Source: Longimicrobiales bacterium | GTDB lineage: Bacteria; Gemmatimonadota; Gemmatimonadetes; Longimicrobiales; Gaopeijiaceae | Direction of reading: 5' to 3' | NCBI GenBank assembly: GCA_965116905.1 | Contig: OZ220732.1 | Location: 4,064,001-4,128,000 of the forward strand | DNA length: 64,000 nucleotides | Part shown: piece after piece, positions 32,130 to 41,793 of the stretch | How the letters are laid out: every line of letters starts with the position of its first letter | Numbering within the stretch: the stretch's first letter is position 1 | The notes under the pieces: model-generated | Told to the model about the DNA's origin: nothing | The model's database searches: none | What the model saw: the letters and a program-made list of their open reading frames with translations, nothing else | Made by a program: the position numbers and the translations under genes

Positions 32130-33419
32130 ATGATGAGCCACTTCCGGCTGGAAGAACGAAACACCAGCGTGCGGACCGAGGTGCTGGCCGGATGCACCAC
32201 GTTCCTCACCCTGTCCTACATCATCTTCATCAACCCGCTGGTCCTGGCGGACACGGGGATGGATGCCGGGGCCGTGCTGGTCGCCACCTGCATCGCCGCA
32301 GCCTTCGGGTCGGCGGTGATGGGGTTGTACGCCAACTATCCCATCGCCCTGGCCCCGGGCATGGGGCTGAACGCCTACTTCGCGGCGGTCGCTGTGGGCA
32401 CCCTGGGTCTGTCCTGGCAGACCGCGCTCGGGGCGGTGTTCTGCTCCGGGATCCTGATGCTGATTCTTTCCGTGCTGCCCGTGCGCGAGTGGGTGGTCAA
32501 CGCCATTCCCCGCTCGCAGAAGCTGGCCATCGCCGCCGGGATCGGCTTCTTCCTGGTGATCATCGGGCTCCGCAACGCAGGAGTCGTGGTCGCCAGCGAA
32601 GCGACCCTCGTCACGCTGGGCAACCTGATACAGTGGCCCGTGGTGCTGGCCGCCCTGGGATTCGTGGGGATCGTCGCGCTGGAGCAGCGCAAGCTGCCCG
32701 GTGCAGTGATCATCAGCATCCTGGCCGTGTCGCTCATCGGGTGGATCGCGGGACAGTCCCCCCCACCGGAGTCGGTGTTGGCGGCCCCGCCCTCGCTGGC
32801 TCCGACATTCCTCCAGCTGGATATCGCCGCCGCGGTCGAGGTGGGTTTGGTCGCGATCGTTTTTGCCTTCCTGATGGTGGACCTCTTCGACACCAGCGGC
32901 ACACTGGTCGCCGTACTCAACGAAGCGGGGCTGACCGACGGCACCGGTCGCATTCCCCATTTGCGCCGCGCCCTGGTGGCGGACAGCTCGGCCACGATCG
33001 TGGGTTCGCTGCTCGGCACCTCGACGACGACCTCCTACATAGAGAGCGCGGCCGGCGTGCGCGCAGGGGGACGCACCGGCCTGACCGCGCTGGTGGTCGC
33101 AGGCCTGTTCCTGGTCGCGCTCGTGTTCGCTCCGGTTGCCACCTCCATTCCCGAATACGCCACCGCTCCGGCCATCATCTTCGTCGGGTGCGTGATGGCG
33201 AGGGCGCTTCGGGGCGTGGAGTGGGACGACCTGACGGAGAGCGTCCCGGCGATCGTCACCGCGATCGCGATGCCCTTCACCTATTCGATCGCCACGGGGA
33301 TCGGGCTCGGCTTCATCGCCTACGCCCTGATCAAGGTGCTGGCCGGCCGCAGCCACGAACTCAACGCCGCGGTGGCGACCGTGGCGGTGCTGTTCGCGAT
33401 CCGGTTCGTGGTCAGTTGA
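32130..33419 (+). CDS. NCS2 family (AzgA-like) nucleobase permease
   Basis: APGMGLNAYF, FDTSGTL, YIESAAG, GGRTG, MPFTYSIA. Confidence 0.93.
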   Translation: MMSHFRLEERNTSVRTEVLAGCTTFLTLSYIIFINPLVLADTGMDAGAVLVATCIAAAFGSAVMGLYANYPIALAPGMGLNAYFAAVAVGTLGLSWQTALGAVFCSGILMLILSVLPVREWVVNAIPRSQKLAIAAGIGFFLVIIGLRNAGVVVASEATLVTLGNLIQWPVVLAALGFVGIVALEQRKLPGAVIISILAVSLIGWIAGQSPPPESVLAAPPSLAPTFLQLDIAAAVEVGLVAIVFAFLMVDLFDTSGTLVAVLNEAGLTDGTGRIPHLRRALVADSSATIVGSLLGTSTTTSYIESAAGVRAGGRTGLTALVVAGLFLVALVFAPVATSIPEYATAPAIIFVGCVMARALRGVEWDDLTESVPAIVTAIAMPFTYSIATGIGLGFIAYALIKVLAGRSHELNAAVATVAVLFAIRFVVS

Positions 33420-33436
33420 CAGCCCCGGGCACCCGG

Positions 33437-34720
33437 ATGTCGACCCCGGACCGCCGCCGGTTTCTTCGGCAATCCGCCCTGTGGGCCGCCGCGGCGCCGC
33501 TCGTGCCGGTCGAGCGGCTCGCAGCCTTGCACTCGGGCGCGTCCGCCCGCCCACAGGACGCCTGGGTTGCCCGTGCCCGCGCCGAGATCCCGGCCGCGAC
33601 CGGAAGCGTGTACTTCCAGACCGGGGGCATCGGTCCTTCTCCGACGGCGGTTATCGCCACGGTCAGCGAGCGCCTGGACTTCCAGAACCGGGGTCCCGCC
33701 GATCCCCGCTATGCGACCGACATGGCCCGGATCGAGCCCGATCTGCGCGCTCAGCTCGGGCGCGTCTTCGGTGCCGGAGGCGATGAGGTCGCGCTCACCC
33801 ACAGCACCTCCGAAGGCATATCCATCGTGGCCTGGAGCCTGAACTGGCAGCCGGGCGACGAAGTGATCATCTCCAACATCGAGCACCCGGCCAACGTCAT
33901 TCCCTGGTACGTGCTGCGCGACCGGTTCGGGATCGCCATCCGGGAGATCGATCTCGCCGCCGGGACCTCGCTCATGGACGAGATCCGGGCACAGCTGTCC
34001 CCCCGCACGCGGATGGTCAGCATCAGCCACGTGTCGCGCAACAACGGGCGCACGATCCGCACCGACGAATCCGCCGAACTCGGCAACCTGCTCCGCGGGC
34101 GCGGCGTCCGCTACCACCTCGACGGCGCTCAGGGCCCGGGCTGCGTCCCCACCGACTTCCGCGCGCTCGGCTGCGACTGCTACTCGACGTGCGGGCACAA
34201 GTGGCTGCTCGGTCCCAAGGGCACGGGCGCGCTCTTCGTCCGGCGTGAGATCCTCGACGACGTGCAACTCAGCTGGGCGGGCTCCCACAGCCACGCGACC
34301 ATGGACTACCAGGGAGGCTACACGCTGCTTCCAGGCGCGGCGCGCTACGAGTTCGGCACGCGCGCCCTGGCCGATTTCGCCGGCTTCGCCAGCGCCGTCG
34401 AGTGGATGGAGGGCATCGGCCTGACAAGGATCGGCGACCGCATCCAGTCGCTCGTGGACCACGCGATCGAGGCCGTGGACGCGACCGCCAGCCTCTCCGT
34501 GTCGTCGCCCCGCACCCGACCCGACCGCTCCGGCGTCTTCGTACTCCGGCTCCCCGCCGACTGCGACGCCACCAACCTCTACAACGACCTCCGCGAAAAC
34601 GCGGGCATTCTGGCCTCGCCGGTCAAACAGCCCCGCGACTTCCGCCTCTCCATACACTTCTTCAATACCCGGGATGAGATCGACGCCGCGATCGAGGCGA
34701 TCAGCGAGCGGTGTTCGTGA
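33437..34720 (+). CDS. Class V PLP-dependent enzyme with Tat signal
   Basis: RRRFL signal, STSEG, EHPAN, DGAQ, GHKWLLGP. Confidence 0.88.
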   Translation: MSTPDRRRFLRQSALWAAAAPLVPVERLAALHSGASARPQDAWVARARAEIPAATGSVYFQTGGIGPSPTAVIATVSERLDFQNRGPADPRYATDMARIEPDLRAQLGRVFGAGGDEVALTHSTSEGISIVAWSLNWQPGDEVIISNIEHPANVIPWYVLRDRFGIAIREIDLAAGTSLMDEIRAQLSPRTRMVSISHVSRNNGRTIRTDESAELGNLLRGRGVRYHLDGAQGPGCVPTDFRALGCDCYSTCGHKWLLGPKGTGALFVRREILDDVQLSWAGSHSHATMDYQGGYTLLPGAARYEFGTRALADFAGFASAVEWMEGIGLTRIGDRIQSLVDHAIEAVDATASLSVSSPRTRPDRSGVFVLRLPADCDATNLYNDLRENAGILASPVKQPRDFRLSIHFFNTRDEIDAAIEAISERCS

Positions 34721-34757
34721 CGTCCCGATGTCGCCAACCAACCTTCGGACTCGACTC

Positions 34758-36668
34758 ATGAAATACTCCCGCCCCGTGGCCACGGCCCTGGCCGCGCCCG
34801 CCACCACCGCCGCCCTCCCCCTCGTTACGCTGTCTGCGCTCTCCGCCCTCGCACTCGCGCTCCTCGCGCTCCCCACCCCCGCCACCGCCCAGACCGGCCC
34901 CGTCATCGAGAATGGCCAGGCCCAGGTCGTCCCCGCCTTCGCTGATTCGGCCACGTGGATCCGCCACGACCTCTGGGTCGAGACCGAGTTCGACACCGAC
35001 GGCGACGGCCGGCCCGACCGCGTGCACGTCGCAGTCACCCGCCCCGGCCAGACGGACACCGAGGGGCTCACCGTCTCCGTCATCTACGAGACCAGCCCCT
35101 ACTACTCCGGCGTCGCCGGCATCGACTTCGACCACTTCTGGAACCTGCGACAGGAGGTGGGCAGCGATCCCCCGGCACGCGACCCCTTCCCCGCCACCAT
35201 CCGGCACATCGAGCGCCAGCCGGTCATCTCCAACTCGCACATCCGCACGTGGGTGCCCCGCGGCTTCGCGGTCATCCACTCGCAGTCCCCCGGCACCGGC
35301 CAGTCGCAGGGCTGCCCTACCGTCGGCGGCGAGAACGAATCGCTCGCGCCCAAGGCCGTCATCGACTGGCTGAACGGGCGTGCACGCGGGTTCACCACCG
35401 TCGACGGCAGCGAACAGGTCGAGGCCTACTGGAGCACCGGCAAGGTCGGCATGACCGGCACCTCCTACAACGGCACCCTGCCCCTGGCCGCCGCGACCAC
35501 CGGCGTCGACGGCCTCGAAGCGATCATCCCCGTCGCGCCCAACACGTCCTACTACCACTACTACCGCTCGAACGGCCTCGTCCGCTCGCCCGGCGGCTAC
35601 CCCGGCGAGGACATCGACGTCCTCTTCGACTTCATCTTCAGCGGCTACCCTGACGTGCGCGACTATTGCATCGCCCACGTGCGCGACGAGATGTACGCCG
35701 AACTCGACCGCACCACCGGCGACTACAACGATTTCTGGGCGGGCCGCGACTACCTGAACCACATCGACGGCGTCCGCGCCGCCACCCTCATGGCCCACGC
35801 CTTCAACGACTGGAACGTGATGCCCGAGCACAGCTACCGCATCACCGAGGCGCTGAAAAGCCGCGGCGTCCCCGTCCAGATCTACTACCATCAGGGCGGC
35901 CACGGCGGTCCCCCGCCCCTCGAGCTCATGAACCGCTGGTTCACCCGCTACGTCCTGGGCGTCGAGAACGGCGTCGAGAACGACCCGCGCGCATGGATCG
36001 TCCGCGAGGCCGACGACCGCCAGCAGCCCACCGCCTACCCCGACTATCCGCACCCCGAGTCCGACGGCGTCCGCCTGCATCCCGCGGGCGACGGCAACTG
36101 GACCGGAACCCTCTCGCTCAACGCCGGCGACGCGGACGGTACCGGCGGCATTGTGGACAATTTTGCTTTTGAGGGCGGCCAACTCGCCGCGGCGGAATGG
36201 TCGAACCACCGGCTTCTATATGCGACACCGTTGCTCCAGCAGGATGTTCACCTTTCGGGCGTGGCCACGGTCCGCGTGCGCGTGGCCTCCGATGCAGCCG
36301 CGGCGAATCTGACCGTCTGGCTCGTCTCGCTCCCCTGGACCGACGGCGGCGACATCAACGACAACGTCATCACCAAGGGCTGGGCGGATCCGGCCAACGC
36401 GGGCGCGGACAACATCGCGAGCCCGCGGTCCGGCACCGACCTCACGCCCGGCGAGTTCGTCGAACTCGAATTCCCGCTGCAGCCGGACGATCAGGTGATC
36501 CCGGCAGGGGCGCGGATCGGGCTGATGGTGTTCTCGAGCGACAAGTACTTCACGTTGCACCCGGAGCCGGGGACGGAGCTGACCGTGGATCTGCGCGGGA
36601 CGAGTGTGGAGTTGCCGGTGGTGGGGGGTGTGGAGGCGTTGAGGAGGGCGCTCAGGCCGGTGAGTTGA
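34758..36668 (+). CDS. pepX: Xaa-Pro dipeptidyl-peptidase (S15)
   Basis: GTSYNG nucleophile, DWNV, HQGGH, PepX C-terminal domain. Confidence 0.88.
   Translation: MKYSRPVATALAAPATTAALPLVTLSALSALALALLALPTPATAQTGPVIENGQAQVVPAFADSATWIRHDLWVETEFDTDGDGRPDRVHVAVTRPGQTDTEGLTVSVIYETSPYYSGVAGIDFDHFWNLRQEVGSDPPARDPFPATIRHIERQPVISNSHIRTWVPRGFAVIHSQSPGTGQSQGCPTVGGENESLAPKAVIDWLNGRARGFTTVDGSEQVEAYWSTGKVGMTGTSYNGTLPLAAATTGVDGLEAIIPVAPNTSYYHYYRSNGLVRSPGGYPGEDIDVLFDFIFSGYPDVRDYCIAHVRDEMYAELDRTTGDYNDFWAGRDYLNHIDGVRAATLMAHAFNDWNVMPEHSYRITEALKSRGVPVQIYYHQGGHGGPPPLELMNRWFTRYVLGVENGVENDPRAWIVREADDRQQPTAYPDYPHPESDGVRLHPAGDGNWTGTLSLNAGDADGTGGIVDNFAFEGGQLAAAEWSNHRLLYATPLLQQDVHLSGVATVRVRVASDAAAANLTVWLVSLPWTDGGDINDNVITKGWADPANAGADNIASPRSGTDLTPGEFVELEFPLQPDDQVIPAGARIGLMVFSSDKYFTLHPEPGTELTVDLRGTSVELPVVGGVEALRRALRPVS
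35995..36668 (+). repeat. Copy 1 of a 674-bp direct repeat (pepX 3' end)
   Basis: Colinear with 47629-48302, offset 11634. Confidence 0.95.
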
Positions 36669-36694
36669 AGGGGGGGAGGGGGCATCATCGTCCA

Positions 36695-36730
36695 GACGTC
36701 CCCCGTGAGGTCGCGTGGCAGCTTCCTCAT
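36695..36730 (-). pseudogene. hicA: Truncated HicA-like toxin N-terminus
   Basis: ATG overlaps the hicB-like stop (ATGA); MRKLPRDLTGD then reads into antisense pepX. Confidence 0.6.
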
Positions 36731-36939
36731 ACGGCGATTGCTTCGTCCCTTACCAGATGGAGCCGAATCACCCTCGGGGCGTCCTGAGGGTCGAAATGGC
36801 AGATTACGGCATCTCTGACCATCGCCTTCAGATCCGTCCAGTCGTCGCCCTGAGTAAAGATGCTGTGCCCGAGTGCTCTGGCGTCGTAGCCTCCCTCAGC
36901 GGCTTCGGTAACTTCAAAGATGATCTCACTGGGCTTCAT
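36727..36939 (-). CDS. hicB: HicB-like antitoxin
   Basis: EIIFEV.EAAEGGYDARALGHSIFTQGD..DLKAMVRDAV. Confidence 0.75.
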   Translation of the reverse strand: MKPSEIIFEVTEAAEGGYDARALGHSIFTQGDDWTDLKAMVRDAVICHFDPQDAPRVIRLHLVRDEAIAV

Positions 36940-37065
36940 CTGTGCCTCTTTTTCGGCTATCGGAAGGGTTCCGGCTACGCGAGGTCAACGTGGCGCTCCA
37001 ATAAACGTAACGATCGCATCCCGACGGAAATCAATAGGCTCGGGTCGCAGAAAGAGCGAACGATC

Positions 37066-38355
37066 ATGACCAGGATCGACGGCGTATCTGTTCCGGCTAC
37101 CCTGTTCCAGGTTGCGCTGACTCTCGTCTTGACCGCCTGTACCGATGGCTCCCATCAGGCACCACGGCCCGGTGCACCGACGGTCCGAGACAGCGCCGGC
37201 GTGCGTATCGTGACCAGTGCCGCGCCGCTGTGGGGCACGGAAGCCGGGTGGACGGTGGACCCTGACCCATCCGTGACGATCGGCACCGAGGAGCCGATGG
37301 GCGACGGGACGGACATTCTCTTCGGGTCGATTCGATCCATGGTGGTGCTGCCGAGCGGGCGCTTCGCAGTAGCAGACGAGCACTCCGCCGTCGTGTCGGT
37401 TTTCGATCCCGATGGGCAGTTCGTCCACCGCTTCGGCGGCCGTGGAGAGGGTCCCGGCGAGGTTGGCGGCATCTGGGATTTGTACGGCTGCGCCGGGGAC
37501 ACCGTCGTCGTGCGCTTTCGAACCCAACTCAGCTTCTTCGACGGCGACGGCGAGTTCATCCGCCGGATCAACAGTACGGGTGCGGGCACGACCTGGTCAC
37601 TCGAGACGATCGCGCCCGACTGCCGCAACTTTATCGCCTCGCGATCCGCCTCTGGAACTGCGCCGCCAGCAGGTCAGGAGAGGCTGTTGCACATGGTGCT
37701 GGTTCAGACTGACGATGCGTTCGAGGTCACCGACACCCTCGCCCGGGAGGTGGCAGCCGCGGGCTTCACAGCTTCCCGGCGAGGAGAGGACGTATTCGTG
37801 GCACTGCCCTGGACACCGTTCGATGCCACTGTGGAACTCCGGCGCGATCACGTGATTGCGGGATTCGGGCGGTGGGCCGAGTTCCGGATTCATTCCCTTG
37901 CCGGAGGCCTGGACCAGCTGATCCGGTGGCAGCCTGTTTCCGACGAGGTCACGGACGCCGACCGCGACCGATACATGGCCAAGCGCGACGAGTTCCTCGC
38001 CAGATATGAAGGCAGTCCGGACGCACTCTTTTCGTTCCCCTCGCTGCGGGAATTCCCGCGGGTCCCGACCCACAAGCCGTTCTTCGACCGATTCCTGATC
38101 GACGACGCGGGCAACATCTGGGCTCGCCACTTTCCATCGACCGGACTCGGCATCCAGGACCTGCGGCCGCCTCGCGACCCGGCCCCGCCCGAGATCTGGA
38201 CCGTGCTCGATTCAGCGGGCGTCTGGCTGGGACCCGTGCGCCTGCCCGACGGGTTTGCCGCCCACGAGGTGGCGAATGACCGCGTGTACGGGGTTCACAC
38301 GGCGCCGCTCGGGGCTCAGATGGTCCGGGTTTATCGGCTTGTTCGGGAGGATTGA
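37066..38355 (+). CDS. 6-bladed beta-propeller lipoprotein
   Basis: LTAC lipobox, VRDSAGVRIV, GGRGEGPGE, DDAGNIW. Confidence 0.85.
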   Translation: MTRIDGVSVPATLFQVALTLVLTACTDGSHQAPRPGAPTVRDSAGVRIVTSAAPLWGTEAGWTVDPDPSVTIGTEEPMGDGTDILFGSIRSMVVLPSGRFAVADEHSAVVSVFDPDGQFVHRFGGRGEGPGEVGGIWDLYGCAGDTVVVRFRTQLSFFDGDGEFIRRINSTGAGTTWSLETIAPDCRNFIASRSASGTAPPAGQERLLHMVLVQTDDAFEVTDTLAREVAAAGFTASRRGEDVFVALPWTPFDATVELRRDHVIAGFGRWAEFRIHSLAGGLDQLIRWQPVSDEVTDADRDRYMAKRDEFLARYEGSPDALFSFPSLREFPRVPTHKPFFDRFLIDDAGNIWARHFPSTGLGIQDLRPPRDPAPPEIWTVLDSAGVWLGPVRLPDGFAAHEVANDRVYGVHTAPLGAQMVRVYRLVRED

Positions 38356-38449
38356 CGACCACCATCAGACCCCTGCCCCGGCCATATGGCCAGACGCGCT
38401 GCCGACACTGCTATCTTCCATCTGGAGGGAGATTGACGGGAGGGGAAGG

Positions 38450-38848
38450 ATGTTTGATCCATGTGTCGGGCGTCGGTCGCTTTTTGCCGACGCATGGTTG
38501 GAGGGATACGAGGGCGGCCTCCGGTCTATGGGTGTGCCCCGCGAAGAAAGGATGCGGTTGGTCGCCAGTAGCGTCGGCAGGCTCACCACCGAAGGCTACT
38601 ACGTGGGCTACGCGTTGGGAGCCGAGAGCGGGTACAAGGCCGGCATGGTGGAGGGGCAGTGTGAGGTCATCCGCTCGGCGGCCTGGATCAAGTTCGGGCC
38701 GACAGCAGCGTTCCACGTCTCGGAGCTGGTTGAGTACACTTGCGACCCCGAGCGGACCGCTCACCTCGCAGCTTGCGTTGTGACCTGCGGCACTGCGGCG
38801 GAGTTCCTGGCCCAGGTGGAGGAAATGACGGAGGGAGAGCGGCCGTGA
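38450..38848 (+). CDS. Stand-alone Rpn C-terminal-like small protein
   Basis: Glycines every 4 residues (G.EG type), then KFGPTAA..DPER..CGTAAEFLAQV. Confidence 0.55.
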   Translation: MFDPCVGRRSLFADAWLEGYEGGLRSMGVPREERMRLVASSVGRLTTEGYYVGYALGAESGYKAGMVEGQCEVIRSAAWIKFGPTAAFHVSELVEYTCDPERTAHLAACVVTCGTAAEFLAQVEEMTEGERP

Positions 38849-39309
38849 GCTCGAAGGATGTGGTGACGATCAAGGGATTCGCCAAGGAGGTTGGCCGAGA
38901 CATCTTCAGCCGTTACAGGGAAGGGTTTGACGAGGGCCGCGAGAGCGCCCATGCGGTCGGCCTCGTGACAGGCCGCGAGAGCATCGTCCACGCGCTGACT
39001 GCCACTCGGTTCGGCCCTGAAACGGCGGACCGCGTCGCCGAATTGACCAGGAGCCTTTGCGAGTGTGAGGACGGTTTCGGCATCAGCAGCGCAGATCGGA
39101 TCGGAATCTGCGTCCTGACCTGCGCCACCGCTGATGATCTCCTGGCGAGGGTACGGGAAGTCGAGGAGGAAGAGTCGAACCGGGCCCGTTGGTTCGAGGA
39201 CGATCCCAGGGCCGGATGGGCCGACGCGGCCCGCGACCTCGCGGCTCGACGCGATGACGGCCCTGAGGACGACCCGACTCCCACCGTCCTTGACGAGTCG
39301 GAAGGGTAA
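38845..39309 (+). CDS. Rpn C-terminal-like protein fused to a MazE-like tail
   Basis: EGFDEGRE..RFGPETA..CATADDLLARV, then PRAGWADAARDLAARRDD..PTVLDE. Confidence 0.55.
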   Translation: MSSKDVVTIKGFAKEVGRDIFSRYREGFDEGRESAHAVGLVTGRESIVHALTATRFGPETADRVAELTRSLCECEDGFGISSADRIGICVLTCATADDLLARVREVEEEESNRARWFEDDPRAGWADAARDLAARRDDGPEDDPTPTVLDESEG

Positions 39310-39372
39310 TGGTAGTAGGCACCAGCCGCGAAGAGACCCTGAGGCCCCAAGCGGCCGCCGTTCCGTGGTTGA

Positions 39373-39540
39373 GGGCATCGGAGCGCAGCTTTCTCGGGTA
39401 GCGACTTTGCGGCAGGAGGGCTCCCCAAGCCATCGATGGTGAAGCCGACCAAGCTGTTCACGATGCATTCCTCGCTCATCGCCAAGCGGATCGGTGCCCT
39501 CAGGACCGAAATGACGATGGAAGTCCTACGTTCACATCCA
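39373..39540 (+). pseudogene. mazF: MazF/PemK toxin C-terminal remnant
   Basis: SDFAAGGLPKPSMVKPTKLFTMHSSLIAKRIGAL after an in-frame stop at 39370, no N-terminus. Confidence 0.65.
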
Positions 39541-39581
39541 CGACGACGACCGCAACGTGGCGTTCGATGCACTGGGCTTCA

Positions 39582-41503
39582 TCAACGACCTCCGGCCAGA
39601 CGCCCATAGGCGTCCCTCACCACTGCCTCCGCCAGCTTCCCGCGTATGGCGAAACTCCGTCTGTCCAGCCAGAACTCGGCCCACGTTGCGTCTGTCGCGA
39701 TCCAGTTGTCCCAGAAGAAGGCGCCATTGACGAGGTTCGGATAGCTTGCGCTCGCGTTGAAAAACGCCTGGAAGATGTTGGCCTGGGTTTCCTCGCCGTC
39801 ATCCATTCCGTTTCGGTTGGCGTCCACGAGAACCCGCTCTTCCGAGTGGCGCGCACCTAGAGAGGATCGGCCGGCGCTTCCACGACATCCATCGAGCCGT
39901 ACTCGGTGAATACTATCGCCCGCCCTGGATTCCGGCTGGCAAGCGGAACCAGGTAGTCCTGGAAGATGGCCTCGTAGCTCGCCTGCAGTTCCGGCACACC
40001 GAGTACCGTTGTCGGAGCTCTGGCCGTGAGCGGGAACCACCCGCTGACTCCCACAATGTCAAGGTCAAGGTCTTCCCAGAGGTGACCCGCGCCCGATCCG
40101 CTTCCGTGGTAATCGGCATATATCAGTGCGTTGGCATGCATGTCGTAGGTCAGCCGACCGGAATACACCGCACGCACGCGGCTCACCAGGTCCCGCAGTT
40201 CATCGCCGAAGTCGTTGTACATGTAGCCGGACTCGGGCCGGGCTTCGTCGTCCGGATCGGGGCGCGATCGGAACAGGCGGTCCGTCTCGGTCCCGAGCGA
40301 ATACAGGGCCACTCCCTCCTGCTCGGCGATTCGGGCAAAGTGCACAGCGTTATCCGCGTACGTTTGCCAGAACTCGCCCACAAAGCGGTCGTGGTCCGGG
40401 TGGTCGGGACGCCACGGCCAGTTGGCGGGCACAATCCGATTTCGCCAGTCCTCATCGGGAGGAGCGCCGCCGGTATGTGGCGGGGCTGGATCTCCCAGCA
40501 GATGTCGGCTGAGCGGGCGAGAGGAAGCCTCGGCCTCGTGGGCTTCGAACGCCAGAGTCATGTACACCTCGAATCCATGGCTCCGGAACTCGCGGATCAT
40601 TTGCCGCAGCGAACCATCGCGCCACGTCGGAACGTTCCGGTTCCGACCCGTCTCGCGCGCGACGGAGCTGTCCATGCTGTCCTCGTAGTGGAGGGCCACC
40701 GAAATCAGGATCCAGTTCACATGCAGACCGCGAAGCCAAGCAACGTATTCCAGCGGAATGAGCGAGCCTGTGCTCCCTTGGTCCTCCCAAACCTGCACAA
40801 CGTCTCGATTGGTGCCCCAGTTGCCCGAGATCGCAACGGCGCGCATCGGGAAATCGAAGATGTCCAGCCCCGGACCCAGTTTGGGGGGGCGTCTCGTCAC
40901 CGTGACCCTTGCGGTTCCCTGTGCGCTCGCCGAGGTGGCGGTGACCGACGCCACGCCCTCGGTCACGCCCCGCACCAGTCCCAATCCGTCCACCGTGGCG
41001 ACCGACGAATCGCTCGACGACCATGTGAACTCCGCGCCTTCGACGCGGTGCTCGTTCTCGTCGAAGGCCTCCGCAACCAGCCGAATCGTGTCGCCCACAA
41101 CAACCGTGTCTGCAGTCGGCGTGACCGCGATCCCGACCGCTGCCTGGGCGACCGCAACGGTTGCGGTACCCGCAGCCCCGCCCGCGGTCGCAGTGATCGT
41201 AGCGGTGCCGTTGGCCACCGCCGTCACCAGCCCGTTGGAGTCGACGGTCGCCACGTCGGCGTCGTTGCTCGCCCAGGACACATTGGCACCCGCCATTGCC
41301 TGACCGTGCTGATCGAGCACCTGCGCCGACAGTTGCACGGTTGCGCCCAACGCATTCAGCCGTGCCGTTGCCGGGCTGACCGTTACCGTAGTTGCACGGG
41401 CGGGCTCCGGCGCAGCAGGCTCTTCCGCGTCCCCGCACCCGTTTGCTAGGGGTGCGCCCATCAGAAGCGCGGACACCCGGAGGATGGTGCGGCAACGGCT
41501 CAT
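39582..41503 (-). pseudogene. Ig-like (Big_2 x2) + GH113-like TIM-barrel lipoprotein, frameshifted near 39860
   Basis: ORF 39857-41503 stops after FTEYG..ADPL; the C-terminus (EETQANIFQAFF..GAFFWDNW..IRGKLAE) continues in another frame to 39582. Confidence 0.75.
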
Positions 41504-41793
41504 GGATTCGAAGAGGACGACAAAGCTGCGTGTTCAGTGACCGTCGCAAGGTGGCTAAGCGATGACCCTAACCGCCGCCAGCCTGGTCGGCAACGGACAT
41601 GCCTACGTTGGCCACTCTTCGAAGGTCGTCGGAGTCAATGGAGCAAGTGGCGGCGGCTCTGGCGTCTTATGCCGCCAAGAGAACCGGTCCGATCTGGCCA
41701 ACGCAGGTACGGACCACGGCCGTCAGAAGCGGTTTTCCGTTCCGGGACCCCCTCACGTCTGACGACCCTTAGTGCGCCGCCCAGGAGTAACCC

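Noticed and set aside
41537..41762. Possible HTH remnant (MPTLATLRR..VAAAL)
   Set aside because: Too short and ambiguous to support
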